DNA of 64,000 nucleotides from Anolis carolinensis (lineage: Eukaryota): assembly GCF_035594765.1 (NCBI RefSeq), contig NC_085845.1:25538024-25602023 (forward strand), read 5' to 3'. Below, one piece after another: positions 24,846 through 38,867 of the stretch. Position 1 is the first letter of the stretch. Every line of letters begins with the position of its first letter. The translations under genes were made by a program, and so were the position numbers. The notes under the pieces are model-generated. The model did no database searches and was not told where the DNA came from. It saw nothing but the letters and a program-made list of their open reading frames with translations.

Positions 24846-27024
24846 AGGTGGCTTTTCTCCCCTTCACAAGCCTTCTTCCTGTGCTTCTTCTTGGCACCCT
24901 CCTTTCCGGCGCCTGACAGTTTCCCTTTTGTGCATGTGCCTCCCTCTCGTCAGCATCTAGAATGGCCCAGCTGGATGCCAACAAGAGGCAGGGCACATGT
25001 GCACAGAAGTATGCCCACAGAAATTTTCCATATAATCAGAAATCTCAAGTTTTGAAAGACATGAGGGACATAGTAAATGAAGGCCTTTAGGCATTTTCAG
25101 TATGTAAAAAAATAATAAAGTGACATTCTACTAAATCTTGGGATCGGGCCAAAAAGAGGAAGGATCTTCTCATTTAAAAATTGCAGAGAAAGTGCAACAT
25201 GTAAAGGCCAGTAATATTTTCTGGCACTAAATCCCACTTGTATTTCACCGGTCTCATTCCCTTTTTTAACATTTATGAAAATCAAAGTCATCAGTATATC
25301 TGCAGGAAAAGGGCTTTTTTTGAGAAAGAAGCAAAAATTGGATAAATGTTTGATGAACTAATTTAAAAAGAAGCAGAAACTAAACATTTTACTAATTAAG
25401 TGGGGTTCTGGTGAATTAGTTAAGAAAACAGAAGATACAAATATTGAGTTCTCTTTTTATGTGCTGCAGTTATATCAAACAGAGGCCACTCAAGCAGGAG
25501 AAATAGCCTCTTATTTAAACAAATTTCAGATTCCTATAATGTCTTTTAAAGTTAATTGAAAGCTAAATGTGCTAGTTATTCTCTAATAATAAATTGGGTT
25601 AAGTCACTGAAAAAACTAGGAGCCTTTTGTCTTGACAGCTTTACTGCCCCATTTTATCAAAAGTGTACAAAATACTTGCACAACATTTAGTGGATCTGCT
25701 TGGTTACTGACTCTTTGGAACACTATCTTTGAATATTGTAAAGAAGGAAACATTATCTTGATTCTAAGATCCAATAAGAGTTCACATTTACTAATTTATC
25801 AGCGTTGATTATAAAAGCTGATTATGATCTTAGAGTAGATAGAAAGACAGACAGGCATACAAATGATAGATAAAGAGCTATAGATACAGAGTTAGATTTT
25901 TCTTTTTAGATAGAAATTTAGCTAGTATTATTAGAAAATATATTAATGTCAGAAAGCACAGCACAATTACCAGAATACTGGTGGAACTTGAATTCTTTAA
26001 TACATCTTATTAGAGTAGCAATGGTCAAGAGACACCTTGTTTGAAACCTTGATCCATTTTGTGGCTCACCAAAGAAATCAGTGCTGAACAAGCATTTTAA
26101 TGAGAAACAAGCTTCTGGGGAACCTGATTCTTCTCTAAAGTCATATGGTTTTGCTTTATGAAAAAAACCCCTCTTTTAAGAGTTCAAAAATAGGTTTTAT
26201 ACCTTTTTAAAACAAAAAAATAGAAATGCTTCCATTTTATTTTTAAAACAAAGCAAATTACATTTTTGGTGTTCATGTGGCCCACCTAAGCTCCTCGCCC
26301 CTTGGTTTAGAGTGATATAAAGTGATGTCCATACCCATTCATTGTGTCCTTCAGACTTCTCACACAGCAGTCTAATTTAGGGGGAACTAGAAAGATATAG
26401 TAAGTCATACACAGTTGTGTTCTCCAACAAGGGTAACCTCTAAGGAATTCAAGAGGAGCAAGAAGGCTATCATGACTTTCCCTGGTATCTGATACTTAAG
26501 GCAGTTGTCTTTCTTTGCTTAGTGGAGAGCCATTCTTGATGTAAGCAAAATGTTGCAATAGGTATAGTTTGCATGACATTGATGTGCAGATGTTGTACTA
26601 AATAACACAAGGGAGCAAAATGACAATAACTGGTCCCACTCATCTGCTTGCAGCAGCATTTCTGAAAGGTCATATGAATAAAAACAAAATATGTCCAGAA
26701 GGGACAGCTGTGGCAGGTCTAGGTGCTTCTCACACTATTTTATATGGTGAAGCAGCAGTGTGATTTTGTAAATCCATATCTTTATTGAGGAGGTATTTAG
26801 GTACAAGACTTATGTCACAGCAGAGGGTTACACTTATTTAATTTTGAATTGAACTCCAGTTGCTTCATTCAGAAATGTAAGCGGTGAGGGTGTTATTGTC
26901 CTTATGAATGCAATCCTCATTTTCTTAATGCATAATGCCACTTCCATTTAAGATAGCAGTCAGCTAAAAGGGGAGACTTTTTTAAAAAAAAATGACTGGA
27001 ATCCCCTATTACAGTTATAACTTA

Positions 27025-27154
27025 GGCCCCATCTACACTGCCATATAATGCAGTTTCATAATGCAGTTCAAGTGCACTTAACTGCATTATATGGGTTTAC
27101 ACTGCCTTACAATGCAGTTCAATGTAGTTAAACTACATTATATGGGCAGTGTAG
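27025..27154. mobile_element. PIF/Harbinger-type MITE
   Basis: ggccccatctacactgccatataatgcag...cattatatgggcagtgtag with internal repeats. Confidence 0.7.
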
Positions 27155-27218
27155 CATTCCACAGCATGACTGTTATATATTTATGATTTCTACATAGCCT
27201 CTAGTTTAGGAGCTATAC

Positions 27219-27542
27219 AAAGGTAAAGGTTTTTCCTTGACATTAAGTCTAGTCGTGTCAGATTCTGGGGGGTAGTATCACCTCCATTTCTAAGTTGAAG
27301 AGCTGGCGTTGTCCGTAGACACCTCCAAGGTCATGTGGCCGGCATGACTGCATGAAGTGCTGTTATCTTCCCACCAAAGTGGTACCTATTGATCTACTCA
27401 CATTTGCATGTTTTCAAACTGCTAGGTTGGCAGAAGCTGAGGCTAACAGTGAGAGCTCACCCTACTCCCTGAATTTGAACTGCTGATCTTTCGGTCAGCA
27501 AGTTCAGCAGCTCAGCGGTTTAATCTGCTGTGCCACCAGGAG
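27219..27542 (-). mobile_element. Sauria SINE
   Basis: Full-length consensus-like body with (accttt)n tail; TSD ggagctata[c/t]aa. Confidence 0.92.
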
Positions 27543-28584
27543 CTATATAAGGTCCATTAAAGTCCCCCAATCCCAACAATCTTGGCAACAGCTGCTGTTG
27601 TCAGCAGGGCTCTGTTCCTCTATCAGGAAGCACCTGACTGACATGCCCACCACCCTCCTCATGCAAATGATCTCCGACACAAGGGAGAATTGCAACAGGG
27701 ACCCTGTTTATGTGGCTTAAGTCCAGGCTGTCTGAAAGACTGTATCTCCCTATATGAGCCTATCCTAAGATCTTCAGGAGAGGGCTTTCTCTTTGTCCTA
27801 CAATATTCATCTCCCAATGAGCTTCATTCAGAAATGTCAGTGGTGTGGTGTTGGCCCAAAGAAAAATAATTTACCTCTGAAACATGAAGAAAGTGTGTAT
27901 CTTTTTTTAAGTTAATTGTATTCTTGCGGATATCATTTCACTTGAAAGGAGGGTGTGCTCTCCATACATCCTATTCTTTTAAAGCTTTTACGGCCTTTTT
28001 GGCCACCATACCACTAACATTTGGAAGTGCAACAAGTCATTCATGGCCAAAGGCAGCAGGCTGCCACCCCATTTTATGGTATTCTCTTTCATCTAGACAT
28101 AATATGTAAGATTTTATCTTTATCAACAAGATATAACAAATCCTCTTTATTAGATTGTTTTATTTCTCCAGTTCTGTACCCTGCAACTCATAACTTTTAA
28201 AAAACTATTGCAAAATTCCACCATAAACTTATTTAATTTCATGGAAGGACAGTATTTCCCCAACTTGCGATTCTGCTACAATAACTGATACATACTGAGT
28301 TGAGAATTTTTGATATTGCACCTCTTCAATAACATAATTGCACAGTTCCGCCATTCCAGGGTCCTGCCATCATAATTCAGCACCCTCATAATTCGATGAT
28401 GATGATTACTGGAACTGTCAATAACTAGAGATGGGAAAATCACTGGGAAAAGACAAACTGGTAATGGGATGCCAATGGGGTTGTATAAAAGACACTATTA
28501 ACAATGGTGATGGTGCAACTGCAATGCTGGTTTGCCTGCCTTGTTTGATAAAGTCCTAAAGTTAAAGGTGAGTACTAGTTAGTA

Positions 28585-28907
28585 CAGTAGAGTCTCACTT
28601 ATCGAACACTCACTTATCCAACTTTCTGGATTATCCAACACATTTTTGTAGTCAATGTTTTCAATATATCATGATATTTTGGCGCTAAATTCGTAAATAC
28701 AGTAATTACTACATAGCATTACTGCGTATTGAACTATTTTTTCTGTCAAATTTGTTGTATAATATGATGTTTTGGTGTTTAACTTGTAAAATCATAACCT
28801 AATTTGATGTTTAATAGGCTTTTCCTTAATCCCTCCTTATTATCCAACATATTCGCTTATCCAACGTTCTGCCAGCCTGTTTATGTTGGATAAGTGAGAC
28901 TCTACTG
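28585..28907 (-). mobile_element. Tigger-like MITE (family of 35-320)
   Basis: TIR CAGTAGAGTCTCACTTATC, TA TSD. Confidence 0.92.
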
Positions 28908-30426
28908 TATTTCAAAATAAAAATTCACCAACAGCACCAATGTAGTCCTGAGACAAACAACCATTTCCCTCCACAGAAATCTGACCTTGAGCTTCATCGA
29001 CTCTTGAGTTTCCTTGAGTTTCTTCTACCCTTTGCACAGGCTGCCAGATGCATTCTCATATGCCCCGTACCATTTTCTGTGATGCCAATCAAGTTTACCA
29101 ATATACCAACATTAACAAAGAAAAGAAAAAAAACAATTTCTGACCTGAACCATCAATGTATTATATATTTTGAACTTCTGAAAAACAATGAGACAGAGAA
29201 GATTGATGCAAGGTACAGCAAAATAAATTATCATTCATCATTGTAATAACTTTCATTCAATGTACTTGGAAGCTTTCCATGCATTTCCTTCCTATCTGCC
29301 TGTATTGTTTCATTTGGGGAAACAACAGCAGTGGCTAAAGGAAGGAAATGGCAAACATTTAGCTGATCCCTTTAAGAGAGACGGAAATGATCAGCAAGAT
29401 TGTGTGGTTATGAGGTCCTGATTCAGGTCTTTACCCTTTACCCTGTTTAATTCTGAGAAATTTCCTTTCCCTGTTAATTTAAGCAGGCCTCAGATCAACT
29501 TGTGTAGTATATTTGTGCCACTTGCAGTACTTATGTTGCATTTTTCCAATTTTTTGGCTTCAAAGGATCTCCTGACATCAAATCCATTTGCTGATTGCCT
29601 TGATCTTAAGCCAGAAAACAGCAAACATGGCAACCAATTGAACTTAAATTTCAAGAATGCAATTTTTAAAGAGGCACCAAACAACTTTGATACATAAAGG
29701 GGAGGGAGTATTGAAGTCTCTCAAAGGTTTACTCTTTTTAGTAAAAAGCTGGCAAGTGTTTCTGCATTATTTTTAAAGTCCCTTTTATTGCACCAGCTAC
29801 AGATCTGGGCATGCTCTTCCTACATCAGTTGTTTTAACTTGGTCAATATACAGCAAAAAAGAAAGGTTCTTCCTTCAGCAAATTCAGAGAGATAAATCAG
29901 CCCCAGGCCCACCAAAGTGGATCTGCACCTTTCCTAAATAAACCATAAACATATTGGAAGCAAGCAAGCAAATAATGAGGTGATTAATTTCGAATATGGC
30001 ATAGTTATGTTTTCTGCTGCAGTTCATAACAGTTAAAACTTCATGCTGAAATAATCAGGTGATTCATGTAGTACTTATACAACCACCATTGCGTATATGT
30101 GCAATCCTTTTTTGTCCTCTTTCTGCAGAAACAGAAACTGGTTTTACACATACACCCGGTTTCAGTATAATAATTTTCTTAATTTTTAAAATTTGAACAA
30201 TGCAAGAAGACAAATCATACTAACTATTCAAGAAAGAAGAAAAAGAAAAGAAAAATGGATATAAAATCACAGTTGAAATTAATATAAAACTAATGCACCA
30301 TTCTAGACTGAATACTAAGTGCTACTAATTAATATAATAGGAGGCTTTGACCATCCAGTCTAAACTGTAATTTTGCAGCAAACAAATGGTCAAATATAAT
30401 TCTACCTTTATAAATGTAACTAAATA

Positions 30427-30914
30427 CCGTATATACTCAAGTATAAGCTGACCCGAATATAAGCCGAGGCACCTAATTTTACCACAAAAGACTGGGAAAA
30501 CGTATTGACTCAAGTATAAGACGAGGGTGGGAAATACAGTAGCTACTGGTAAATTTCAAAAATAAAAATAGATACTAATAAAATTACATTAATTGAGGCA
30601 TCAGTAAGTTAAATGTTTTTGAATATTTACATAAATTGTGCACTATGTTTTTGTTTACTCTATTTTAATTGTGTCGTCGGGCTTGGCCACATGTAAGCCA
30701 CCCCAAGTCCCCATGTGGAGATGGTGGCGGAATACAAAAATACAGTTATTATAATATTATTATTATAAAACTGTAATTTTAGATGATAAGACTTTAATAA
30801 GATGAGACTATCCAACTCTGATTACCTATATACTCGAGTATAAACCAACCTGAGAAAAAGCCTGCCAGGACCCTCACTCAAGTATAAGTTGAGGGGGGCT
30901 TTTTCAGCTCTAAA
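30427..30914 (+). mobile_element. Tc1/mariner (Tc2-like) MITE, right end lost, with an L2-tail insertion (about 30637-30763)
   Basis: TA-CCGTATATACTC[A/G]AGTATAAG terminus; colinear with the intact copy at 57135. Confidence 0.8.
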
Positions 30915-31217
30915 AAGTCTAATTGTGTCCAACTCTGGGGGTTGGTGCTCATCTCCATTTCTAAGCCGAAGAGCCGTTGTTGTCCGAAGACTCCTCCAAG
31001 GTCATGTGGCCAGCATGACCACCTGGAGCGCCGCTACCTTCCCACCAGAGCAGTATCTAATAATCTACTCACATTTGCATGTTTTTGAACTGCTAGGTTG
31101 GTGGAAGCTAGTACTAACAACGGGGGCTCACCCCGATTCCCAGATTTGAACCACCAACCTTTCGGTCAGTAAGTTCAGCAGCTCAGCGGTGTAACTCGCT
31201 GTGTCACTGGGGGTTCC
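30915..31217 (-). mobile_element. Sauria SINE (tail truncated)
   Basis: Body matches the other Sauria SINE copies. Confidence 0.9.
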
Positions 31218-31317
31218 CCGGTGAGGTTAAACGTCATTATTTCTCCAATATAGATGCACCCTACAACTCCCAAAACTATCTAGTTAGATGGGGGCCCTGA
31301 TAAATTATAATGCTTTT

Positions 31318-31940
31318 TATTTATTTCATATTGAAAGCATTTCATAAATTAGTATAAAAGTCATTAAAAAAATAGCAGCACAAGTGGCTAAATATCTTTT
31401 GACCAAAAACGGGCAACAGCGATTGCATTGTCTGTAGCCTCAAACAATTATTTCTCTGTACATGAGGCAGGACACTGTGGACAAGCATATAGATGCAGAG
31501 TTGTCTGCTCTGCGCCACAGTCGCACAAGGTGGAGGATTCTTTTAGGTAGTGCCAATTGGGCAGGTTGTCTTTTGATCTGCCCACTCCACTTCTGAGTCT
31601 GTTCAGGGACATCCAGGTTGCCCATTCTTGATTTGTTCCTGGAGGCAGACCATGGTGGGGGGCCATCCAACTGAGATTTCCTGGCTTAGCTGCCCAGAGG
31701 GATAGTCTTGCTGTTGCTGGGGGAACGTCAAGAGAAGTGGTGGTCCCCATGAAGCTTTTCCTTGATTTGAGTCTACTTGGGAGGAGGCTGATAGCCATGC
31801 AGTGGATGGCTTTCACAGTGTTCAACCTTATTTCTCTCACAATTAGCAGCAACTTCCTGTCTCACATCGGGGGCCCAATGTCAGCTAGCTTGTAGAGTTT
31901 AACAACAGGTGTACGTTTAAGATATCCTGTGATTATTCTG
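31318..31940 (-). mobile_element. Vingi/I-group LINE 3' fragment (second family)
   Basis: ORF 31448..31852 (WATWMSLNRLRSGVGRSKDNL...LCDCGAEQTTLHLYACPQCP) is a Vingi-type Cys/His C-terminus. Confidence 0.85.
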
Positions 31941-32747
31941 CTGAAATGGTAAAAGATACATAATGCAATTCCAAATCTTGCTGAGAAGAACAAACTTCTG
32001 ATTACATCCTCAACTTTTGTCATTTATTCAATCCTACTTGGTCAGCTTTAGAGGGCCGCTGCATCAGCGCCTCCACAACTCCCTAGAGCTCATTTCAACC
32101 ATATAGATGACAGCCTGACATCCAGTGATGATGATGCTACTATCTTTTCTACCTGAAACAGCAAGAGACAAAGAGGAAAGCAGCAGCAGCTAGAAGTAAA
32201 TCAGTTCCATCTATCTCTATTTTGGTTATTCAGTATAAAATGAATTACTTTTTCTCTATCACCCTGTAATTCACAAGAGCTTCTGAGAAAATGAACAATT
32301 TTTTAAAAAATGAAAGCAATACAAAGTCTACAAACCTCAAAGAGATATAGGGGTACACTGTGATTGCAGACACCCATACAGCTCCCAGAAAACATGATTT
32401 CACTCAGAAATAATGTGGCCAACTCTGACAGCTGAGTTTAATAAAGTACAGGTTGAACATTCAGTAATCCCAAATTGTCCACATAGGTGGCTAAAATAGT
32501 GACATTTTGAGTTTCTGGTGGTTCAATGTCCACAAATGTTGTTTTATGCACAAAATTATTTTTAAATATTGTATAAAATTACCTTCAGGCTATGTGTATA
32601 GGATGTATATGAAACATCAATTAATATGTGTTTACACTTGCGTCTCATCTCATGATAACTCATGATTTACATATATGCAACAACGTAATCCCAAATAAAT
32701 CTGAAATCCAAAACACTTCTGGTTTCAAACATTTTGAATAGGGGATA

Positions 32748-33053
32748 GTAAAGGTTTCACTTGACATTTAGTCTAGTTGTGTCCGACTCTGGAGGGTGGT
32801 GCTCATCTCCATTTCTAAGCCGAAGAGTCGGCGTTGTATGTAGACAACTAAGTCACGTGGCCGGCATGACTGCATGGAACGCCATTACCTTCCCATTGAT
32901 CTACTCACATTTGCATGTTTTTGAACTGCTAGGTTGGCAGAAGCTGGGGCTTATAGCAGGAGCTCACTCCGCTCCCTGGATTCAAACTGACAACCTTTTG
33001 GTCAGCAAGTTCAGCAGCTCAGTGGTTTAACCCGCTGTGCCACTAAGAGTTCC
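32748..33053 (-). mobile_element. Sauria SINE
   Basis: TSD ttgaataggg(g)ata. Confidence 0.92.
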
Positions 33054-33073
33054 TTGAATAGGGATACTCAACC

Positions 33074-33435
33074 TGTCAGGCTCACTTCAAAGGACCAGTC
33101 TGAACGCAGATCAAAGATAGCTGCTCTCAAATCCAATCTTTATTGAAGAATACATGACTTTGGAAAAGTCGAGAATGACCTAATGTTTACATACATCCAT
33201 TTTTATCACCTCTGATGCAACGTAACACCACACGCAAATATCATCATCAAACCCCACCCTCTGGATCACATTACTACTATTCCCACACACTATACCAATT
33301 ATAATTGTTTATACTTTCAACCCTGAGTTCCCAGGCTCATACTATCTTCTCCCGCCAGGTGCTTTCAGGGTTATTTATGTTATGACGCCAGGTCCAGGGC
33401 TCGGAAATTCAGCCCTGGGATCTGGCTCCATGACA
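33074..33435 (-). mobile_element. Solo LTR (362 bp)
   Basis: TGTCA...TGACA termini, perfect 5-bp TSD CAACC, AATAAA on the minus strand near 33140. Confidence 0.85.
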
Positions 33436-33565
33436 CAACCTATATTTTCTGGAACAAAATTAAAGGTGTAATGCAGTTACTCTCTAGATTTCCTTTAAAT
33501 AAAACCCATTGTTATTTCTATTGCAATATTCCACAGGCCAATGTGTTAAAACTGGAAAAGTACTA

Positions 33566-33715
33566 GGCCCCTTCCACATAACTGAATAAAATCCCACATT
33601 TTCTGCTTTGAACTGGGATATATGGCAGTGTGGACTCAGATAACCCAGTTCAAAGCAGATATTGTAGGATTTTCTACCTTGATAGTCTGGGTTATATGGC
33701 TATCTGGAAAGGCCC
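33566..33715. mobile_element. PIF/Harbinger-type MITE
   Basis: ggccccttcca...tggaaaggccc TIRs, 3-bp TSD CTA; second copy at 63909. Confidence 0.8.
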
Positions 33716-35509
33716 CTAGTGTCCACTACAGCTGCAGGAAACCCATACCCATCTCCCACTGTTCTTTCTTGTCAGTATAATAACTTTTTTATCACATTGG
33801 TTTATTTGACATGTATCTTATAGGTTCTTTCAGTGTCATACACTCTGGCTTTGTGGATCCTACCAAACGTTGGCTAGGAATCAATAAACTTAATTAAGAT
33901 GGGATTTACCAAGCCAAGGGTTTTTTTCAATAAACCACTAGATATGGAATATAATCTTGCAGTGTATGATGTGTCTAAATAAAATTGAGCTGCAACAGCT
34001 TCCTTACTCCATTCAGTATTAACAGACTCGATTCAATTTTACTTTCCTTGAGACTGATATTTGTCCTACTGCTTTCTGTATTAGAAAGAAAGGATATATA
34101 ATGCTATCATCTTACAGTGTAATATAATCATCATATCATCTTTCAGACCTGCTGGCACTTGCTCACGCTCTCATATGTCATTCTAAAATGATCAATATTT
34201 CTAGCAAAATCCTGACCATATTTCCCACATATCTCCATTTTAATCATGTCAACACAAAGAATATGACTTTTCTTCCACCTTTTTGGTTCATTTTTCTTTT
34301 CTTCTTTGAAAAATTCTCAAAAAGGCACCCATGTTTCAGAATTTTGTGAATATTTCCAGTAATAATTAAAAAGTGACTAGCTAATTCTAGGTCCTTTAAA
34401 AAAAGCCACATTCATGCTTATCACAGACATGTCTACAACCCATTTGTGGCAAAAGCAGTAAGAAGGAGATAGTTTGGACAAATGCTAAGTAAATTGATTC
34501 ATCATGTCCCTTCTCCAAGAAAATACTGTACTTTTCTTAGAAGAATGAGTTTTCATTATGTGTAGCACTTTGATGAAATATATTACATTTCTATTTTATT
34601 TAAAGTAGATGTAATGTCCAGGATAAACCTTTACCTTTTTACATTGGTGTGAAATCATCTGGGTACAGGACAAGAGGTGTTTTTCAACTTGCAACCAGTT
34701 TTGGCATTTCAGGGGGAACAAATCCAAAAATCATCCAAAAATTGGCCTAGATTTTTTTAAATAGTAAAGGTTGGGATAGTTGGATGTTTCCAGAAGATAT
34801 TAAGGAAGACTATGCAGACCCAAGTCTGCACTTTCTCCACCCTTGAGATACAAAAAATAATAATGTTTTATTCAATCTATGTCCTCTTTTTTCTCTTTTG
34901 TGATGCTGAATGTCTTCTCATTTTCTTTGACAGTGACTGAGCTGTTGTGTAATCTAGTCCCCACCACCACCACCAAGTAGTTCCATCAGTTTCATCCTGT
35001 CCAAAATAGTCTTATGTAACATATAATGGACAAAAATCTTGTACCATGTGTGCTTTTCAGAAACAGTGTTGTTTTAAAGATTGTAGCCTTGGGGAGGCAA
35101 TCTAAATGTTTTAAAATATCACAGAAAGTACTTTGTAGATGTTGGCTTCATTAAGATTCCCCTTTAATGCCCTTTTACAAGATTTTCTTGGATTTTTTTA
35201 AATTAAAAATTTCCAAAGTTAAAAAGAATTCCACAGGGAAGCTATTTACTGCCTGGTACACTGCTGAGAACCATTTTATTCAGTTAGGCAATAAGCATGC
35301 CATACACGATAAACAATGAGGGCACAAGCAATATTGTTGCTACTGATGCACAACAGTTGTCTTAGCATTATGCTGCCTGCCAGATGTGTTAAAGTACAGC
35401 TTCCATCAACCCTAGCAACATGGGCAATTATCATGGAAGATTTAATATGAAGCACCATAAATTGTAAGTTTATGGTGGAGGGATGCATACATTTACAATT
35501 CCAGTCTTC

Positions 35510-36387
35510 TGTTGTATATGAGGATTAGGGAGATTTCTTCTGCTTCAGAGGAAAAGATGTACTCTGTTGTAGTCCAGCCTGAGTCAGTGTCTGATGTGTC
35601 TGATGTCAATGAGGTTTCTGGGCCTATGTCTGATTGCAATGGGAATAATGGTATAGACAGGTCTGACTGCAGTGGGGATAATGGTAGTGACAGGCTTGCC
35701 TTAGAGCTAGAAGTTTCTGCAGAACAGAGATCAGAGGCTCAAGATCACATTCCTGAAAGGGGCTGGTTTTCTGAGGAGGATTTGTCATATGCAGATACAG
35801 GTATAGAGGTCAATGAGCTGGCAGATAGACAGCAAGACTTTTGTAAACAGAAAAGGAAGTTCCCAGGTCCTTTGATGGTCAGTTCGCCTTTGAGAAAAAA
35901 AGGCAGATAAATTATCTGGTGAGAAAGTAAAATGAAATGTTTTTTTCTCACTGCAGGGGGCTTTTTAAGAGAAAGGGAAAAGCCTTTTGCTTCATTGGGG
36001 TCAATGCTGGTGATTGAAGCCAGTCATGCCAAGTTCATGCTTTTAATGGATGTTTTAGCTTCATGGTTCCTGTCCTGCCAAATTTCTGTTCTTTGATTCC
36101 AAGTGTGTTTTAGTTTCATGGTTCCAGTTTACCAAGTTCATGCCTTGACTGATGAGATTTACACTGCCTTGTGCTTTTGGATTTTGCAACCTTGTACCTT
36201 GTGTTTTATTCTTGTATCTTGGAAGTTTTGGACTATTAGTGATATTCTGAAGAATTTTTTTGGGGCTATACTCTAAAATCCTTTTTATTGCTTGGCTTTT
36301 ATATATTCTTCAATAAACTCCTTGTTGATAATACTCAGCTGGCATTGTGTTTTATGGTTAGAGGGGTTCCAGCTCTGGGGTACAAAA
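35510..36387 (+). mobile_element. Solo LTR (Gypsy-like, about 880 bp)
   Basis: TGTTGTA...TACAAAA (TACAACA) termini, 5-bp TSD tcttc/tattc, AATAAA at about 36312. Confidence 0.7.
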
Positions 36388-38449
36388 TATTCTAAGCATG
36401 GAATCAACCTTTTAGCCAGTCATTAGCCAAAGTCATGTCATAGCTACCATTCAGGATATTTCATTTATATGAACATTCTTGCAGCCACTGGGCAGTGGTC
36501 TCCATTGTCTTGCACGAGCTTCTGAGAAAAATAGTAACCGTTTTCCAAATAGGCATCGAAAACTGCAGTTTTTGATTACACTGTTGTGCCAGATAAGAAC
36601 TTCAGAAACTGTTGGTGTGAGTCATTCTCCTGACAAAACATTAGTGCTCCTGAAAAGTCAACCACAGTTTGGCACCCTACTAATAGGATCCCAAGGGGAC
36701 AGGAGACCTTTTTTTGGGTTAAACATAACAAAAACAAATAAAAACAACTTTTTGTGCCTACCTCCTGTGTACCAGGAACAACCAGCATTTGGCCAAAAAA
36801 AGTCCTATTGTGGATTATCCAAATATCTTAAATCATTTTATGTGACTATTGACAGCTTCCACCTTTCTGTTGGCTATGAGATAGTGATTAACTATTAATC
36901 AAATTATTTAAAATATTAATTGATTGTCTGCTGAAGTTTGTAGGAACATTTATCCATTATGCTGTCCCCAGATTTGCATGTATCAGCAATTATTGGCATA
37001 TACACGTTTCTGCTAATTCCTGTCTTTGTTTGTTCCCTTTTGAGATGGGGCATTTCCTCCTTTTGTTAGTGTACAAGTGGCCATCTTAAATGAGGCCCTG
37101 GTGTCTCAAGAAATCTGTGCATTGGTTAAGCATTATGCCACATTACCTGTATGGATCAGGAGACACAAAGAGAATACCCATAATTTGATAAATATGTATA
37201 ACATCCATTACCCTAGTATTGCCATTTTCTGAAGTTCATATCAATAGTTTATTTTTAAAAAATAAATGCAATAGCACAATCAGATGTATTTAACCTGATT
37301 ATGGTAAAAAGAGTTAGCCTTCATTTTTGGATTCATTTCATTTTGTTGAACTAAACCAAATAAAAAACAAGAGACAAAAATGTGGTCATCAGAAGAACAT
37401 GCACTTTAAACAATGCAGTTAAAACTGTTATATTAAAAGGTTACCTTTAACAGGTATTCATAGCACTTACATTTTCGGTGGCAACAACACTGGGAACACA
37501 AGTGAAGCAACACAGCACTACCTACGCAAGACAATGTATGTTCTATATTTAATCCCCCTTCTTTAGTTTATAACTCTCATGTTTCAGCACCATGCATGCC
37601 TCCCACAACACTACTTTGCAACAAATAGCACTTTGTTTTCTAATCTGGTAGAGAATTTTCCAGAATCTGATGCTACAATTTGCAAGTATAAAAAAATAAA
37701 AATTTTATGGTTTACTTTCCAACATTAGTATTCTATAAGTAAAATAAATACAATGCATGACTATAACAGGAGACTGGACATTCCTGGTCCAGTGTCCTCT
37801 GTATTTGACCTCCTTGTGTTTAGTAGGAAAGTATGAATGGGGCTTCTACTCCTGTTAAGCTAGACCAGAGTAGATGTCCCTTGTATTATAAGGGGTCCAT
37901 TCATTCAAGTACACATAACTAGAAGTCCTCTTTAAAGCTGCTTCCTGAATATAGGAAAAACAGGGCCCAGGCTAAGTCATTTAGAGGCACATGGGATGTG
38001 TTCAGCCATGCAGCCCTTTGCCCCACACACGTATTTACTTACCCTGCTTGAGCCTAGTACCTTAGTATGACTTACCTGAACATTGATAACATAGGTGGAT
38101 CTAATAGTTATGAATGAACTATCTAAGTCCCCCTTTGCACATTAAGATTAATATCTGAGTTTTGTGTTCAGATATTGTGTGCATGCTTAGTAGCATCACA
38201 GAGCTGGTGTCACTGAAGGGAGGCCACTCCTGGAACCTGGAAGTCCGCATGGCCCTTGGCTTCTGGAAATTAGGAGTCCAGCCAGTGCTCTGTGGTGTTT
38301 TTTTCTCACAGAGCAGACCTGCATGCTTCATGAATAGGAGGAAAAGAGAGGTCCTGGTCCTCTCCTCAACTGTCATTACAACAATGTGCTTTTTTGTTAA
38401 TCTGATCCAAATAGTTTTATATTTCTGCTTTTAGTTTTTTTTCAACCAT

Positions 38450-38780
38450 TAAAGGTAAAGGTTTTCCCTGACATTAAGTCCAGTCCTGTCTGACTCTGGC
38501 GGTTGGTGCTCATCTCCATTTCTAAGCCGAAGAGCCAGCGTTGTCCGTAGACACCTCCAATGTCATGTGACCATAGGCATGACTGCATGGAGCGCCCTTA
38601 CCTGCCCACCAGAGCAGTACCTATTGATCTACTCACATTGGCATGTTTTCGAACTGCTAGGTTGGCAGAAGCTGGAGCTAACAGCGGGTGCTCACTCCGT
38701 TCCCGGGATTTGAACCTGGGACCTTTCGGTCTGCAAGTTCAGCAGCTCAGTGCTTTAACACACTTCGCCACCGGGGCTCC
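38450..38780 (-). mobile_element. Sauria SINE, full length
   Basis: Perfect 12-bp TSD tttttcaaccat. Confidence 0.95.
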
Positions 38781-38867
38781 TTTTTCAACCATGAGCTCTT
38801 TGAAATTATTAAGCTATGTTTTAGTGGAACTGGCAATAACATCTCTGAGTATTTCCTGCCTAATAAT

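Larger units (their letters stand above)
32449..33442 (+). mobile_element. Tigger4/Zombi(MER46)-like MITE with two nested insertions
   Basis: TA-CAGGTTGA terminus; interior gcacaaaattatt...gtataaaattaccttcaggctatgtgtata...aaacacttctgg; right TIR gatactcaacc|tata split by an LTR. Confidence 0.8.

Noticed and set aside
35512-35910. 132-aa acidic ORF as a host gene or exon
   Set aside because: Lies wholly inside a solo LTR with termini and TSD; no recognisable domain.
36479-36898. 139-aa ORF
   Set aside because: Non-ATG start, no recognisable homology, no convincing splice boundaries.
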